Shown: positions 14,121 to 29,799, counted from the stretch's first letter. The stretch is DNA of 64,000 bases from Felis catus (GCF_018350175.1 NC_058369.1:20584001-20648000); one strand, 5' to 3'. Program-made: numbers and translations. Notes: a model not told the origin generated them from the sequence alone.

Positions 14121-15551
14121 GGCACCAGGATGGCTTCCAGCAATTGAGCCCCTTTCTAAGAAAAACCTAGAAGAACTGTCCTTTCTTTCCTACCAGAGTG
14201 GCCAGAGTTCTAGCTACAAAGAAGGACACCCCAAATACTGACCCACTGACACAAAAGTGTATAATGATACTCATTAAAGCCTGGATAGTATTTATTATAT
14301 GGATTTCAGTTTATCTCAACAACGACACCCCAGATAACAATTAGAATCGGTGTTCTATGTACTGATATAGAACAGTGTTCAAGATTTAGCAAGATTAACA
14401 ATCATCAAATCAAGATGAACTCAATATAAGTATATATTTATACACATGTTGTCACAAAAGCATTATTTTTAAAGGGGTGGGGATTAAGAAGGTAGATAAA
14501 AATTAGCAGTGATCATCTCTGAAGAAGATAGCAGAATTAGTGGAACAGAATAAACTCCCTTGTTGCTAAACCTCCTATATCTGGCCTAACTGTAGGTTGT
14601 CTAGTTATCAGGCCTCTGGGAGAGCATTCATGAAGCCCCCAGGACTAGCCAGGGCCTTCATCTCAGGCTCAAGTGGGTTCAAACACTCTCCTGTCTTCCT
14701 TTTCCCCTGAGAGCCTCAAAGTCACAGCCAGAAGATGGGTAAGGGGCAACCACTACACAAGAAGTGCCCCACTTTTGCCTGCTCCTTGCCTCTGAAGACC
14801 CACATGGTCATTGTGAAGACCTGGTCCCCTCTCAGGGTCACAGCCCCAGGGGTCATTGAGGAGTGCATTTGCAATATGTAGAGTGGGCATGGGGTGGGGG
14901 CAGTGTGGGGCTATGCAGGGGGGTGGCATGTAGAGAAGACTCACACTCCTTACCCCCTTCTCCCTTCCCCCTTCCACCCTTTGACTAGCACTTCTGCTGG
15001 TCTAGGCAATTTCAGGGGGAGCAGTTATCCAGACCTTTATCCATGAGTCTAGACCTTCATCCGTGAGGTATCTGATTCTCTAGTTACCATACTTCTCCGG
15101 TCATAATTGTATTCATCTGCCATTACACTGGGCAGCAAAGCACCAACAGATCTGCCAGTGAATCACCCAAACAGCATTCATAGTCTTACCTGCCCCCATA
15201 GTGTGGCAGCAGCCCCCTCACCTTCTGATGACCAGGGTTAATTATCCCTGCCAGTATGGTGACTCCTTTCAATACCTGCTTGTCTCTTGGCGAAGGAGTC
15301 CAAAGTGACCAAGTCCCAGCCATAGCTTTAAGTTTAGTGGGACCCTTATTGTGACCCTTGATGACTACCCTCCTCCCTAGAAACTAGAATCCCCAGTCGT
15401 ATGGAGCCTGCAGGGACACAAAGCCCAAATGCCCACATGTATAACTGGAAGGGTGCTCATGGATGCACCACCACTGCCACACATTGATTCTGGGACACAT
15501 ACATTCTACCTATTAGGAACCAAGCACCATGTAATGGGCCTTGATTTAGGG

Positions 15552-17225
15552 CTTGGGTTAGCAACTACAGCACATAGGTTAAATCCACCCCACTGCCTGT
15601 TTTTGTACATCCTGCAAAGAATGGTTTTTATATTTTTCAGTGGTTGAAAAAACTAAAACAAAACAAAACCACAAAAAAAACCTCATGACACATGAGAATT
15701 GCATGAAATTCAAATTTAAGCATCCATAAATAAAATTGTATTGGAACACAGCCAGGTTTATTTGTTTATAGGCTGTCTATTGCCACATTTGCACCGCAAT
15801 GACAGATTTGAGTATTTGTGACAGGGACAGTATATGACCCTCCCATCACCTCCCACTGCTGCTCAACACATAACAAATGGCAGTGGTGCAGTTATAACTG
15901 AATAGTATTTCGAGTGCCACATATACTGCTTGCTGTGATTTATATTTTATCACCAATACATAATGTATTATGTCAAACAAGAACAGAGGAGAAAAGTAGA
16001 CTTTAAATGTCACATTATTTGGCAATAGCAAAGCATTGTGTTCATTATGCAACATTATAGCTGTGCTAAAGGGATACAGCATTATATACCTACATTACCA
16101 GACTAAGCAGTCCGTATTATTCCTAACTCACAAGAAAGCAAAGATCTTAAAATTTAGCAATTTTAAATGGGATATCTCACCACAGCAGAACTTCTTTACA
16201 AAAATAAAAAATGAAAATGGGGCACAAAGTAAGTTTTCAGACTGCTCATTTGTTAGCCAAGCAAGAAAACGTGTTTACTACTGGTGAGCTAACTAAATTA
16301 TATTTAATTGCAGCAGCTGGAAAAAAAATGTGATGACAGAAAATAAACTTAACACTATTAGCCTTTCATGGGAATAGTTGCTCTGAGAGTTGAAGACACT
16401 GGGGACAAAACCAACAGTCAAATTAAAACAAGGAAAATGATTTCAAGTGGTTTTTCCTTAGCTGTTGATGAGTTAGCAGATGTTACCATACAGCTCAGCT
16501 GTTGTTCATGGAAGGGGTGAATGCCAACTTTAAGAGGCCTAAAGAATTCAGCTTTATGGGGCGCCTGGGTGGCGCAGTTGGTTGAGCGTCCGACTTCAGC
16601 CAGGTCACGATCTCGCAGTCCATGAGTTCAAGCCCTGCGTCAGGCTCTGGGCTGATGGCTCAGAGCCTGGAGCCTGTTTCCAATTCTGTGTCTCCCTCTC
16701 TCTCTGCCCCTCCCCCGTTCATGCTCTGTCTCTCTCTGTCCCAAAAATAAATAAACGTTGAAAAAAAAAATTTTTTTAATAAAAAAAAAAAAAGAATTCA
16801 GCTTTATGAATAGTCTGCATGAAAACAACTACAGTTGAGAATACTGGTTGAAGAAGCTGAGAAGAGACAAATTCAATGCCACCTGAAGTGGAATCTGCTA
16901 GGATGTGATAAAACTGATACAGTGAAAATACATGTGGAAAAAAGCAGAAAAATTAGGCTTAGTTGGACAAATTTACAAAGTTTATGAAAATGTAAGGTGC
17001 TTACAGCCTATGGTCACTCATTATATTATTCATCAATAGGTATTTTGGGGAAAACATTTTAATCTACTGTGTTACTAAAGCAGGAACATCAATGATAAGC
17101 TTTCCTGCCATTGTTGACTTAACTATTATTAGTTCTGTGAGTTTTTCTCAGAAACAGAAGGTGAATGTTCTGATTTACCAAACATACCACAACTCCATGA
17201 CTTGAACATAGCAGTAGCAAGAGCT
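15552..17225 (+). mobile_element. Cheshire-like hAT-Charlie DNA transposon fossil with transposase remnants
   Basis: MER58-type 5' end followed by degraded transposase motifs: ALCSLCNIIAVLK...HYQTK, WFSLAxDExxDVT-TAQLL-like, HxIIHQ, EFxSExExExxDLP. Confidence 0.8.
16558..16790 (+). mobile_element. Young feline SINE inside the hAT fossil, TSD AAAGAATTCAGCTTTATG
   Basis: TSD at 16541-16558 and 16791-16808. Confidence 0.95.
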
Positions 17226-17584
17226 ACATAAGCCTTGCTAACTTGGAGCCTATGCTGTTGGGTCCATATATTGCCTCTATCTCTGCCTCCATGACCATCC
17301 AGGACCCATTGTTCCAGCAATTGAATGAGTGACAGAAGTTGGCTGACATCAACCAGTCCAGTGTTTTTGTCTACTTCACTGTTTAGTGCCTATTCCGTGG
17401 TAGATATACCCTGGTGGCAGGTGTTAACATACAATACAAAGATTTTTTACTCTGTGTATACTCCCATATGTCCATCTATCTGCCTCTAGACCAGACTTCC
17501 TTGTCCCCATTGTCCAAGTCTTTGTGTTGCCAGGAAACTGGCCAATAAGCCATTCACCGCTACTGAAAAGCCCATATATATTCT

Positions 17585-17798
17585 TTTTTTTTTCAACGTT
17601 TTTATTTATTTTTGGGACAGAGAGAGACAGAGCATGAACGGGGTAGGGGCAGAGAGAGAGGGAGACACAGAATCGGAAACAGGCTCCAGGCTCCGAGCCA
17701 TCAGCCCAGAGCCTGACGCGGAGCTCAAACTCACGGACCGCGAGATCGTGACCTGGCTGAAGTCGGACGCTTAACCGACTGTGCCACCCAGGCGCCCC
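17585..17798 (-). mobile_element. Young feline SINE, TSD AAGCCCATATATATTCT
   Basis: CpG-rich, near-consensus copy with a perfect TSD. Confidence 0.95.
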
Positions 17799-19899
17799 AA
17801 GCCCATATATATTCTATCTCAGACCACTTCTCTTTCTGCATAAAGTAGGTGTTCAGCCTGAAACTCTGACAACTGAGAGGACTTTCCCCTCACCACTCAC
17901 TGTCTTTCAAGGCTACCTTTGAATGAGGCTGTGGCTCACCTGCTCTTTAGGGATGGCATACACATACTAAGCTTAACAATCTGCAAGTCAGGCATTTTCC
18001 TCTTATGTCAGCTGGACCCAAGGGATTCCCTATAAGCACACATGAGTATGAGCTAAGAGGGCTGATGGCACAACAGTGGTGGGTACTCAAGAGTCTAAGC
18101 TACCTGCTCATGTAGTTTGCATCTTCAGTTTCCCATTGTCTGTCACCATTACTATCAGTGAAGTTAAGGAGTATCACATTTCTTCAGATTCAAAGGGTTC
18201 AGGGGAACTTGGGAATTAAAGATTTGGGGGGCCATCAACCCAAATTATCCTACCCATGTGTCAGAGTTCCATCTTTTTCCTGCCCTGATTTTGGCAGAAC
18301 ATCCTACCTTGATGGAGAATTTAACCTTCTTAGGATGTTGGCCACTTTGATGATTAAGCCCTGGGCCTGGCCCTCAGCTTTTTTAAGCCCTACCATTGTA
18401 GACAAGAGTTTCTTCATACGCCATCAAGAAGGCACTCTGGCTTTTACACTTACTTTTTAATTACCTGTTACTTGTTCTCAGCCATCTGTTATCTTTTTCT
18501 AGAGCTTCATAGAGCCTAAAATAGCCATTCAATTCTTTATAGTTAATTCCCCCCTACTTTCCAAATGCTTGCTATGTCACACCAGCTAGTGGATGTATAT
18601 ATGATCCCATTCACGCTTGAGAAGGTTACCATTTAAACCACCACCCTGTGTCAGGGGCTATCTGTGCTGCACATACCACTAGTATTTGGGGTCCTCGTTG
18701 CCAACCAGGCACTGATGAAGTCAGTGATCCCACTTCAAAACCCCATCTTATTATCTTCTTTCTCAGGCAACCTCTGGCATCAACTGTTGTACTTTGGGTT
18801 CTCCAGGAAAGGAGATGGAGTTTAGCATTCAGGCTATGTATTAGGGAGTACCCTTGGGATCAACACCTATGGGAAGAAAGGGAAGGAAACAGGATTGGGT
18901 AGAGGGAGAAGATGCAGCAATTCAGCTGGCAGCCTTAGCAAGCACCACAGGAAGTTCTGTTGCTGAAATGGCCTAGCAAGATTGACCCACATTAAGTCCA
19001 AATGGCCAGGTCTTTACACATTCACTTAGATCAGTCATTGAGGGTGGTATCTGAAGGGCTTGACTTTGGGCAAGGCAGGCTCTTTGCAGCTGAAGCAGTC
19101 CCTGAAAGGGCTGACAGCTGCTATCAGCACACCCAGGAGCCAAGGCAGCAGGTTCTTCCTTGAAGGGGAGTCTGTATAATTCATCTCCATGTCTACCAAA
19201 AGCAAGATCTGTTTAACTCAGAAGGAGAACATTTTTTAATAGATGGATATTACTAATTCACATTTATTGATTCCTAATATATATGGACTTACTACCATCT
19301 TATTTTGTGCTTTAAATCTATCATTTTTTCTTATGATCTGTTTTTCTTTCCCTGTTTTTTGTCAGATTGAGTTTTCAGTGAGTTTGGAGGTTGGTGAGTT
19401 TCTTCCCTTGTACTATTTTAGCAATTGTGACAGAAATTGTGAGTTGCTTACCCATATCCACACCCTTCTTTCTTACCAAAAGAACTGATTTCATTGGAGT
19501 TGGCAACATGCTCATTTAAGTAAAATGACGTTTCTCAGGATGTCTTTTGACTGGAGTGGCCATGTGATACTCACTGGCCAATGAGATGTTGCTGGGTAAG
19601 TCTTTTGGGAAAGCTCCTTAAGAATGCAAATGAATCCTTTTTGTCATTCTGCCTGAACCCTCTTCTTCCCTAAAAAGTAGGCTTGATAGCCAGCACTCTG
19701 GTAATCACTTTGAGGACATGAGAATAAGGCTTACATCTCTAAGATAATGAGGAGGAGCAGATGAGAAACTAGTAGCTTAGTTACATGAACTGCTACACCA
19801 GGCTTGGATTGTCCATGCTCAGATTTCTGTAATGTAAAAACAAACCCCTAGTTTGTTTATCTCCTCATATTTTAGATTTGTTTTCTCTGAACATAATTT

Positions 19900-21000
19900 C
19901 AAATTTCTATAAAAGTTATACAATTTATTCCTTTTCTTCTAGTACTTATTTATACTTAGGTTCATTTTAACACTTACACTTTAAATTTTATGTCATGGAA
20001 AATTTTGACCCAATCAGTATCTGTCACTTCTACCCCAAATCTGGCAAGGACTTCTGCCCAATTTTCCTTACTTCACTCACTGCCTCCAGCATCCTCTCAT
20101 GTTAGTATCTTCTGAGATAGTACACATATTTTTAATAGAAAAATCTTTCTTGTAACAACAAATTTTAATGGCATCTGTACTCATTACTGCTTCTTATGTC
20201 ATTCTCCTGGATTCATTTTCCTTTATTGTGGAATTCATTTCCCTTTATTGTGGAATTCATTTCCCAGAAATACTTTGAGAGACTTTCAATGTAAACTTTG
20301 AATTAATAAAAATGTCTTTCATTTTTTGCCCTTAGACTTGAATGATGTTGTAGGTGGTATATCATTCAATGCTTACATTTCTTTTCTTTTAGAACATTAA
20401 GGGTGTCACTCCACTTAATCTCCTCACACCCAGTGTTGCTGCTGAGAAGGCTGAGGTCAGTCTGAAACTTATTCCTGAGTGGGTAGTTTCTGGATTTTTT
20501 CTTCCTTTTCAAATGTTTACGTATATTATCTTCATCAGCTGTGAGACTGTGCTGCAACCTGTTTGGAAAACAGATGGATGCCACCTTTTTTAGGGCAATT
20601 GAATCTCCTTGATGAGTTCTGAGAAACTCGTTAACGCCTTGAAGGTTCCTGCTCTTCATCTCTGTGCTTCCTTTCTCAAGAACACTAATTCAACCATGAG
20701 TAGAACTTCTGGATCGGTGCTCCATTTTTAAATTTGCTTTTCTTCAACCTTTTCATTTCTCTGAATCTTTCCCTTTTCTGCTGTATTTCAAGAGTTCTCT
20801 TGTCAAACTTTCTACTCATTAACTTTGGTGATGTCCATTCTGCTATTCATCCCATCTATCAAGTTTGAATTTTAACACTGTTCCTTTCTAAGATCCATAA
20901 ATAGCTCTTTTAAATAATGGTTTGTTCTTTTATGGCTAAAATGTCTCCTCCCATCCACTGAGAATATTAATTCCACCTCTTTAAGTTGCCTTCTTAGTCT
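19900..21000 (-). mobile_element. Ancient L1 (L1M) fragments
   Basis: T-rich degraded antisense ORF1-like sequence (TTCTTTTAGAACATTAAGG...TGCTGCTGAGAAG). Confidence 0.55.
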
Positions 21001-21554
21001 TTCCCTTGGCCATTGTGTTTCTCATTATTGAATCTAGGGATGCTTTTTTTCTGCGGTTGGTTTCCTCCAAAGCTTGGTGATTCTTGTTTGGGTACTCATC
21101 TTTGCCTTGTGATTTCCTCTTTGCCTCTTGATGATTGCTATGTCCATGGGTTGCAAGGGAAGCATGGGGTGGGATCTCATGGTGGGTGGTCTCCTGGGCA
21201 GGAGTCTTGCTGTGCAAGGGAGTCACATGGTATCAGGCCCTACCAATCATAGCTCCTCCCTGGAGATAGTCCTTCTCTTGCCAACCACATGGCTCAGCTA
21301 GAGCTGGCTGCCCCTTCTATGTTTATATCCCAGCTAGTCCCCACAGTAGCCACCAGCCCCTGCTGCCTCCTGAATCAGCTGCTTCCAAGCTTGGAGGGAC
21401 TGCATGGCCATTCTCTTCCTTGATAGGAGACCTTTTTTTAGAGCTTTGATATATGTTCTTTCGGTGTTTTCACATCTGCCTTCTGTCCTTTAAGGAGGCC
21501 ACATAATTTCTGTCCATTTTAGTTCCCTTCCTAAATGTTTAGGTACTATTAGAG

Positions 21555-21770
21555 ATTTTTTATTTTTTTATTTTAATTTTTTAAATGGTTATTTTATTTT
21601 TGAAAGAGAGAGAACAAATGGGGGAGAGACAGAGACAAAGGGGGACAGAGGATCTGAAGTGGGCTCTGCGCTGACAGCAGCAAGCCCAATGCAGGGCTTG
21701 AACCCACAAACTATGAGATCATGACCCAAGCTGAAGTTGGATGCTCAACCTACTGAGCCACCCAGGCGCC
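21555..21770 (-). mobile_element. CanSINE, TSD CTATTAGAGATTTTT
   Basis: Full-length element with a flanking direct repeat. Confidence 0.9.
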
Positions 21771-23539
21771 TCTATTAGAGATTTTTAAAATAAATATATT
21801 CTTTTTCTGTTATTCCTATGAATTTACACCAAGAGAAGAAGACCTGAACCTGTGTTCAAACATGTTGAGCCATTTTCTCATGGACATTTTTCTGGTTTTC
21901 TTTATGGTCATGTTTCGTTGAGGTTTGAGATAAAAATGTTGAAGCAGATTTTAATGACTGGGAATTTTTTTCTGCAGATGGTTTTTCTCTGTTTTTAAAT
22001 GGAAATTTTAGTTTCCTCTCGTCCTTTCCCTCATTTTAGTCCCTTCCCTTCCTGAACAATTTAGTCTGAAAGCCATTAGGCTGGGCAATGCAACATAGGT
22101 ATACAAGGGCAAGAGAAACTGTGACACAGAACAGGGCGTGGATTCCAAGAAGGTGAGGAAGGTGTTGGCATAAGAGAGTTGCCAATTTGGAACCCAGGCA
22201 GAGTAAAGGGGGGGGGGGGGGTCTGGACATGGGAGTTCAAGGCCATGGCAGTAGTAGGTATCATAGCATGGACAAGATGAAGAGGGCATCCTTAATGGTA
22301 TAGGAAATCAGAACTTGAGTACAGCAAGGAGGGTATCTGTGCAGAGGGCATCCTGAAATTTCATGTCAGCCCCAAGTTAGGTGAGAGGGGCATTCACAGA
22401 GGACAGCAACCAATGCGGGAAACTGGAGCCTGAGATACATGAAGAGGGTAATGGCCCAGCAGGGTGTCAGAGCTCAAGCAGGGTGAGGACAATGTCTGCA
22501 TAGCCAGCAGCAGCCATGGAAGATTAATTACATACAGAGGAGACCAGATAAGAAAATGTATTAAGTATAATTGGGACCAGGTGTCTTAATCTTGGAAACA
22601 GGAGGTAGAAATATAGAAAGTAGAAAACTAGAATGAACTCNNNNNNNNNNNNNNNNNNNNNNNNNNNNNNNNNNNNNNNNNNNNNNNNNNNNNNNNNNNN
22701 NNNNNNNNNNNNNNNNNNNNNNNNNNNNNNNNNNNNNNNNNNNNNNNNNNNNNNNNNNNNNNNNNNNNNCAAACATATATTCCCTATCTCTGTGCACTGA
22801 GAGGGCCTGGGACCATTGCACCCCAATGATAATGAGAACACCTTGCTGTGCTCTCTGGGGTACTCTACTGCATCCCCAAATTTGCAGTTTTTCCCTGGCT
22901 GCCAGTTTTTAAGGTGGGTGTGACCCCTTTCCTTGTTTTGTTGCTGATGCTAAATTTTTATGGCACTTGACCTTTGTGCTGAAAGATGAGAATCAGCTCA
23001 GGAAATGAGCTCAGAGAGGTAAAATGTGTCCACAGCCACACAGCAGTGAGTGGTGGAGTAAGGGATCTGACCTAGGGTTTGACTCCAAAATCCTTGCTTT
23101 TTACTCTGAGACACTGAACACAAGAGGGAAAGGTAGTCAAGGAAAAAGACAGAAGTCCTTCAGAGTGAGAGACCAGAACCTGTGTGAGACACAGGGGTGG
23201 GACACAGAGGCACAGAGCTGGACATACAGAGCTCATGCCCCAGTGCAATACAGAGAGCTGGAACCTGAGGCCTCCAGGCAGTATCTCAGAACCCTGTGAG
23301 CTGAAGGACTAGTTTGTCAGGGCAGAGTAGATGGAGCAGGACCAGATATAGGGCTTTTGAGCTTGCAGTCTTGATGGAGAATAACCCAAGACCCCAGGAC
23401 CCTGTGTCTATAGGAAACCATGGGATAGCAGTGCCCAGATGGGCAAAGGGACAGCTTAACCTTGACCTCTTAATGGCCCCTTTATCACGACCTAGGCCCC
23501 AATCCCACCCCAGCGGGGCAGCTTTTCATAAGAAGTGAC

Positions 23540-24280
23540 TGTCAGAGGCCCCAGCTCCAGCTGGACCAGCCTCTGCTAAGACTGAGCCTGGGGATAGGGT
23601 GAGGGAGACATGGCTGATCTTTCTTAACTCTTTATCTGTGAGATGCTATGACCTGACACTCACTAGAGGGTTAGGCTAGCAGTGGAGTGCGTTCTTTCCC
23701 ATCTCCACTCCGGTGGAACCTCCCACAGGTCTGAAGGGGAATGAATCCTAGCCTCCATTTGGGACTGGAGGATGAGTTTGAAATAGGAATGAAGACTGGG
23801 GCTATGCACTCTTAACAATTTACAGTTTGACTCATTCTGACTTGGAGGCTGGGCATGAGTATACAGCCCCCAGTTGGGCAGGGAGTTTTGAAGAAGGTCG
23901 TTGAGAGGATATGACTGCACATTGACTTGCAAGCTGGACCCAGGCAACTGAAGGCCCCTCATCCCCTCCCTTATCCTTGGAATGTGCATGCCACCCACCA
24001 TGCCACAGTGGGAGCCTTTTTCAAGGACATAGCCTTGAGAGAGCAATGTGGCATTGAGAACATCTGGACAGTATATGTGTCTCAACCCTGTTAAGGCTTA
24101 TATATAAACTTTTAAGATTCTGGCAGGCAGGTGAGATCTACTCACCTTGCAGCCACACAAGACAAGCCTCATACATAAGTTCATTTACTTATTAAACCTG
24201 CCACCTACCAATCTGAAACAGCCTGCCTCCTCCTTTCCATCTCTCCTTGCCTTTTATAATGGGGGCCAGTTTATGAGCCA
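23540..24280 (+). mobile_element. Probable solo ERV LTR just downstream of IQCF1
   Basis: TG...CA ends, TATA-like TATATATAAA at ~24099, poly(A)-like ATTAAA at 24191 followed by a U5-like pyrimidine tract. No target-site duplication is visible. Confidence 0.5.
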
Positions 24281-24707
24281 ATGGGAACCATGATCACAGA
24301 GCTTGGGGTGGGTGGGCTCCTCTCATTCATACAGGTGAGAGAACAAGCCCTAAGCAATTAGACCTAGGTAGGTGAATTCCCGACAAATGTGTTGCCATTG
24401 CCATCACTAACCCCCACCCCCACCAGGCCTCCATTATATGCAACCTTGGGGAGGGGCACCATTTACATGAAGGATGCTCCCAGAGTTGGCCAACATGACA
24501 GATAGGTTTCACCAACTTTTCTACTTATGGCAGACCTTGCTAATCAGTCTCTCCTCAGTCTGGACAAAGGCTCAGGATCCTTCCCCTTAACACACTCGGG
24601 CCTTTGGACAACCCTGCCCATTCCTCAGTGCCAGATGTGAAGTATCTGCTATCATGTGCCCTGACCTCCTGGAACCTGTCAAAGAAAGAGCCTGGGGGAA
24701 GACCACT

Positions 24708-26423
<1,716 letters not shown>

Positions 26424-26508
26424 TGGATTGGGTGTAGATGGTTCAAATCCCCTCAGGTCTGTCTTCTTCTAGCCATGGATGGGTAGATGGAGTGGAGGGT
26501 GAGACCTA

Positions 26509-26535
26509 TGATGTCATAAGGGCAGCTGTGACTCA
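26509..26535 (-). promoter_or_regulatory. IQCF1 proximal promoter: CRE-like TGATGTCA plus AP-1 TGACTCA
   Basis: About 90 bp upstream of the ATG; paralogous to 14094-14120. Confidence 0.6.
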
Positions 26536-27989
26536 GGCACAAGGATGCTCCCAATAGTTGAGCTGCATCCAAGGAAAAGACAAAAGTGCTGTCCATTCTT
26601 TTCTGCTGGAAATGGCCAAAGCCCTGAATACAAAAGTAAGACACTAGAATATTGGCCTACTAATGTACAGGTATACAAAAATAACCAGTCATTGATCATA
26701 TCCCTAATTGGTAAAAGTGAGGATTGATTTAATTGTTAACGATCCATTTATACTCAGAGAATACTAATAAGTTATAACTGTAAAAAAATGAATTTAGGGG
26801 TGCCTGACTGGTTCAGTCAGTAGAGCATGTGACTCTTGATCTTAGGGTCATGAGTTCAAGCCCTATGTTNNNNNNNNNNNNNNNNNNNNNNNNNNNNNNN
26901 NNNNNNNNNNNNNNNNNNNNNNNNNNNNNNNNNNNNNNNNNNNNNNNNNNNNNNNNNNNNNNNNNNNNNNNNNNNNNNNNNNNNNNNNNNNNNNNNNNNN
27001 NNNAATTTGATTTATATGTACTGATGAGAAAGTGTATCTAAGATATATTTGTAAGTGAAAAAGTTGGAGATCATTATGATCCCATTCATGTAAGTAAAGT
27101 CATCAAGATACATAATTATACATATATAGTAAATGCATATAAAGGGGGAGAAAGGTATATGTACCAAATTGCTACCAATGATTACCTTGGAAGAGTTGAA
27201 TTGTTGAACCATCCATACAAGGCCCAGGAAACTCCATGAAGCTTCCAGGACCACCTGGGGCCCCCATTGCAGACTGCAATGGGCTCAGGTGCCCTCCTGT
27301 CTTCTTCCCTGAGGGACTCAAGGCTACATTTTATGGTGAGGAGTGGCCACTATAGAAGTTCTTAGCTGTGTTCTTAGCTCTGAACCATACAAAAGGCACT
27401 TGCCAAAAGACCTCCCCACCTTTGCCTGTTCTTGTCCTGTGAAAACCCACCTGGTTAGTGTGAGTCCCTGGTAGCCCCTCAGAGTCACAGCCCCAGGTGT
27501 CACTGAGAGTGCATTTCTCATATCTTCCAGAACACTGAGGTAAGCCACATGACTGAGCAGTGGGGAGGAACTGAGAGAATATCAGGTAGGGCTCAAAATG
27601 TATCAAAGGGATGTGGGTCCTTCTAACCAGACTCCTTCAGGAAGCCTGCCCACAAGCCACTGAGGATGCCTCACCTTCAGATTCCCCAGCTGGCATATGG
27701 ACATCTCTAGCACTCTGTGCCACTCACCCCATACTCCCTTACCCATGGCTGGCTCCCTGTGTAGGCCTCTGAGGATGACAAGTAGAAGCCTTTGCAGATG
27801 GCCAGTGAGCATGCATACAAAGCCAGTTGACTCTGTGGGACTGAGAAAGAACACAATTTGAACATTCAGCACTGCCCTAGGGAAAGCAAACAGGAGGCTA
27901 TCAGAATTCAGCCTGGCTTTACAGGATTGAGAGAAGACATACAATCTTAAGAATCCTCTCGAGAAGGAATAAGAAGTATGGAGCAGGTA

Positions 27990-28186
27990 TATTTATTTTT
28001 GAAGGAGAGAGAGATAGAGCATGAGCAGGGGAGGATTAGAGAGAGAGGGAGACACAGAATCCAAAGCAGGCTGCAGGCTCCAAGCTGTCAGCACAGAGCC
28101 CGACATGGGGCTTGAACCCACAAGCCATGAGATCATGACCTGGGCTGAAGTCAGACGCTTAACCAGCTGAGCCACCCAGGTGCCCC
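27990..28186 (-). mobile_element. CanSINE
   Basis: Standard antisense SINEC sequence. Confidence 0.9.
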
Positions 28187-28870
28187 ACCCCTGCAAAATT
28201 TAAAAGCAACAAGAGCAACATTTTCTCACATATAAGGGAAACTCCTTAAAGGTATCAGTGGATTTCTCAGCAGAACAGGCCATGAGAAAGTGATATATTC
28301 AAAGATATGATATATTTAAAGTGCTAAAAGAAAAAAAAAAAAACCCTGCTAATCAGGAATAAAGCTGTCCTTTAGAAATGAAGACAAGATAAATACTTTC
28401 CCACACAAAAGCTGACAGTTCATCTCTCTCACCACAAGACCTGCTTTACAAGCAATGCTGCAAGGAGTTCTTCAAGCTGATATGAAAGGATGCTAATTAA
28501 TAACAAAAACATATGAAAATATAAAGCACACTGGTAAAGGTAAGTTATACAGTCAGATTTAGAATACTGTAATATTGTAATCTGGTGCTGTGCTAATCAC
28601 TTAATTTTAGTACAAAGGTTAAAGGGCAAAAGTATTAAAAATAACTATAGCTACAACAATTTGTCAATATATACACAATATAAAAAGATGTAAATTATGA
28701 CATCAAAAACAGAGTTGGGGGAGGAGTAAAAGGGTAGGTTGTATATACAATTGAAGTTGTTATCAACTTAGACTATAAGATGTTTTATGTCAGACTCATG
28801 GTAACCACAAGGCACAAACATACGTAGATACATAAAAGAAAAAAAAGGAAATCAAAGCATACAAAGCATA

Positions 28871-28992
28871 GGGGCACCTGGCTGACTCAGTCAGTAGAAC
28901 ATGTGACTCTTGATCTTGGGGCTGTAAGTTCGAGCCCCATGTTGGGTGTAGAGATTGCCTAACAAAAAATAAAATCTTAAAAAAAAATTTTT
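28871..28992 (+). mobile_element. Short CanSINE
   Basis: tRNA-like head, A tail and AAGCATA direct repeat. Confidence 0.85.
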
Positions 28993-29799
28993 TAAGCATA
29001 CCACTATGGAAAAACATCAAAGAAAGACAGCAAGAGAAGAAAGGAATAAAAGAACTACAAAAGAGCCAGAAAACAATAAGATGGCATTAGTAAATCTTTA
29101 CCTATCAGTTAGTACTTTAAATGTAAATGGATTAAATTCTCCAATCAAAAAGACACAGAGTGGCTAAATGGACAAAACAAACAGAAAAGACCCAGGTAAT
29201 GCTAGTTAACAAAGACTCACTTAAGTTTCAAGGACACACATGAGCCTAAAAGTGAAGGGATAGAAAAAGATATTCCATGCAAAAGGAACCAAGAAAGAAC
29301 AGGGGTACCCACTTAGACAAAATAGACTTACATTATCTGATTTCAAGACTTACTGTCTTGGAAGACTATAAAGTTACAGTAATCAAGACAATGTGGTTTT
29401 AGTGTAAGAAGAGACAAACAGATCAATGAAACAGAATGAAGAAGCCAGAAATAGACTCACATTTACAGTGTATTGATTTTCTTTAATGTATCAAGATAAT
29501 TCAGTACAGAAAGGAAATGCATTTTCAATGGGGAAAAAAGAAAAAATCTTGACCCCTATCTAATATCATAGACAAAACACACCCACACATGATGCGTCAT
29601 AGATATAAACAAAAATTAAAGCTAAAACTATAAAGCTTCTAGAAGAAAAACCATGAGAATTATTTTGTGACCTTGGAGTTGACAAAGATTTCTTAGACAA
29701 GACAGAGAAAACACTAAGTACAAAATATTGATAGAATGGACTTCATCCAAATTAAAACCATTTGTTTATCAAAAGATAGCATTTTTAAAGGTCAGCTGG

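Larger units (their letters stand above)
15000..19198 (-). mobile_element. Degenerate ERVL-class provirus: LTR ~18788-19198 and internal remnants 17230-18785 and ~15000-15545
   Basis: ERVL-type LTR sequence (GGGATCAACACCT...AGGATTGGGTAGAGGGAGAAG) with a Leu-type PBS-like GTTGATGCCAG next to it on the minus strand. RNase H-like and dUTPase-like remnants lie inside. Subfamily not assigned. Confidence 0.6.

Noticed and set aside
16036-16287. Possible domesticated zinc-finger/transposase gene
   Set aside because: Frameshifts, stops and a SINE insertion in the catalytic region make it a fossil.
20214-20265. Short local tandem duplications (also ~10978-11030, ~34630-34700, ~36330-36395); CRISPR-like array considered
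   Set aside because: Two to four adjacent copies with no unique spacers, in a mammalian repeat context; slippage products.
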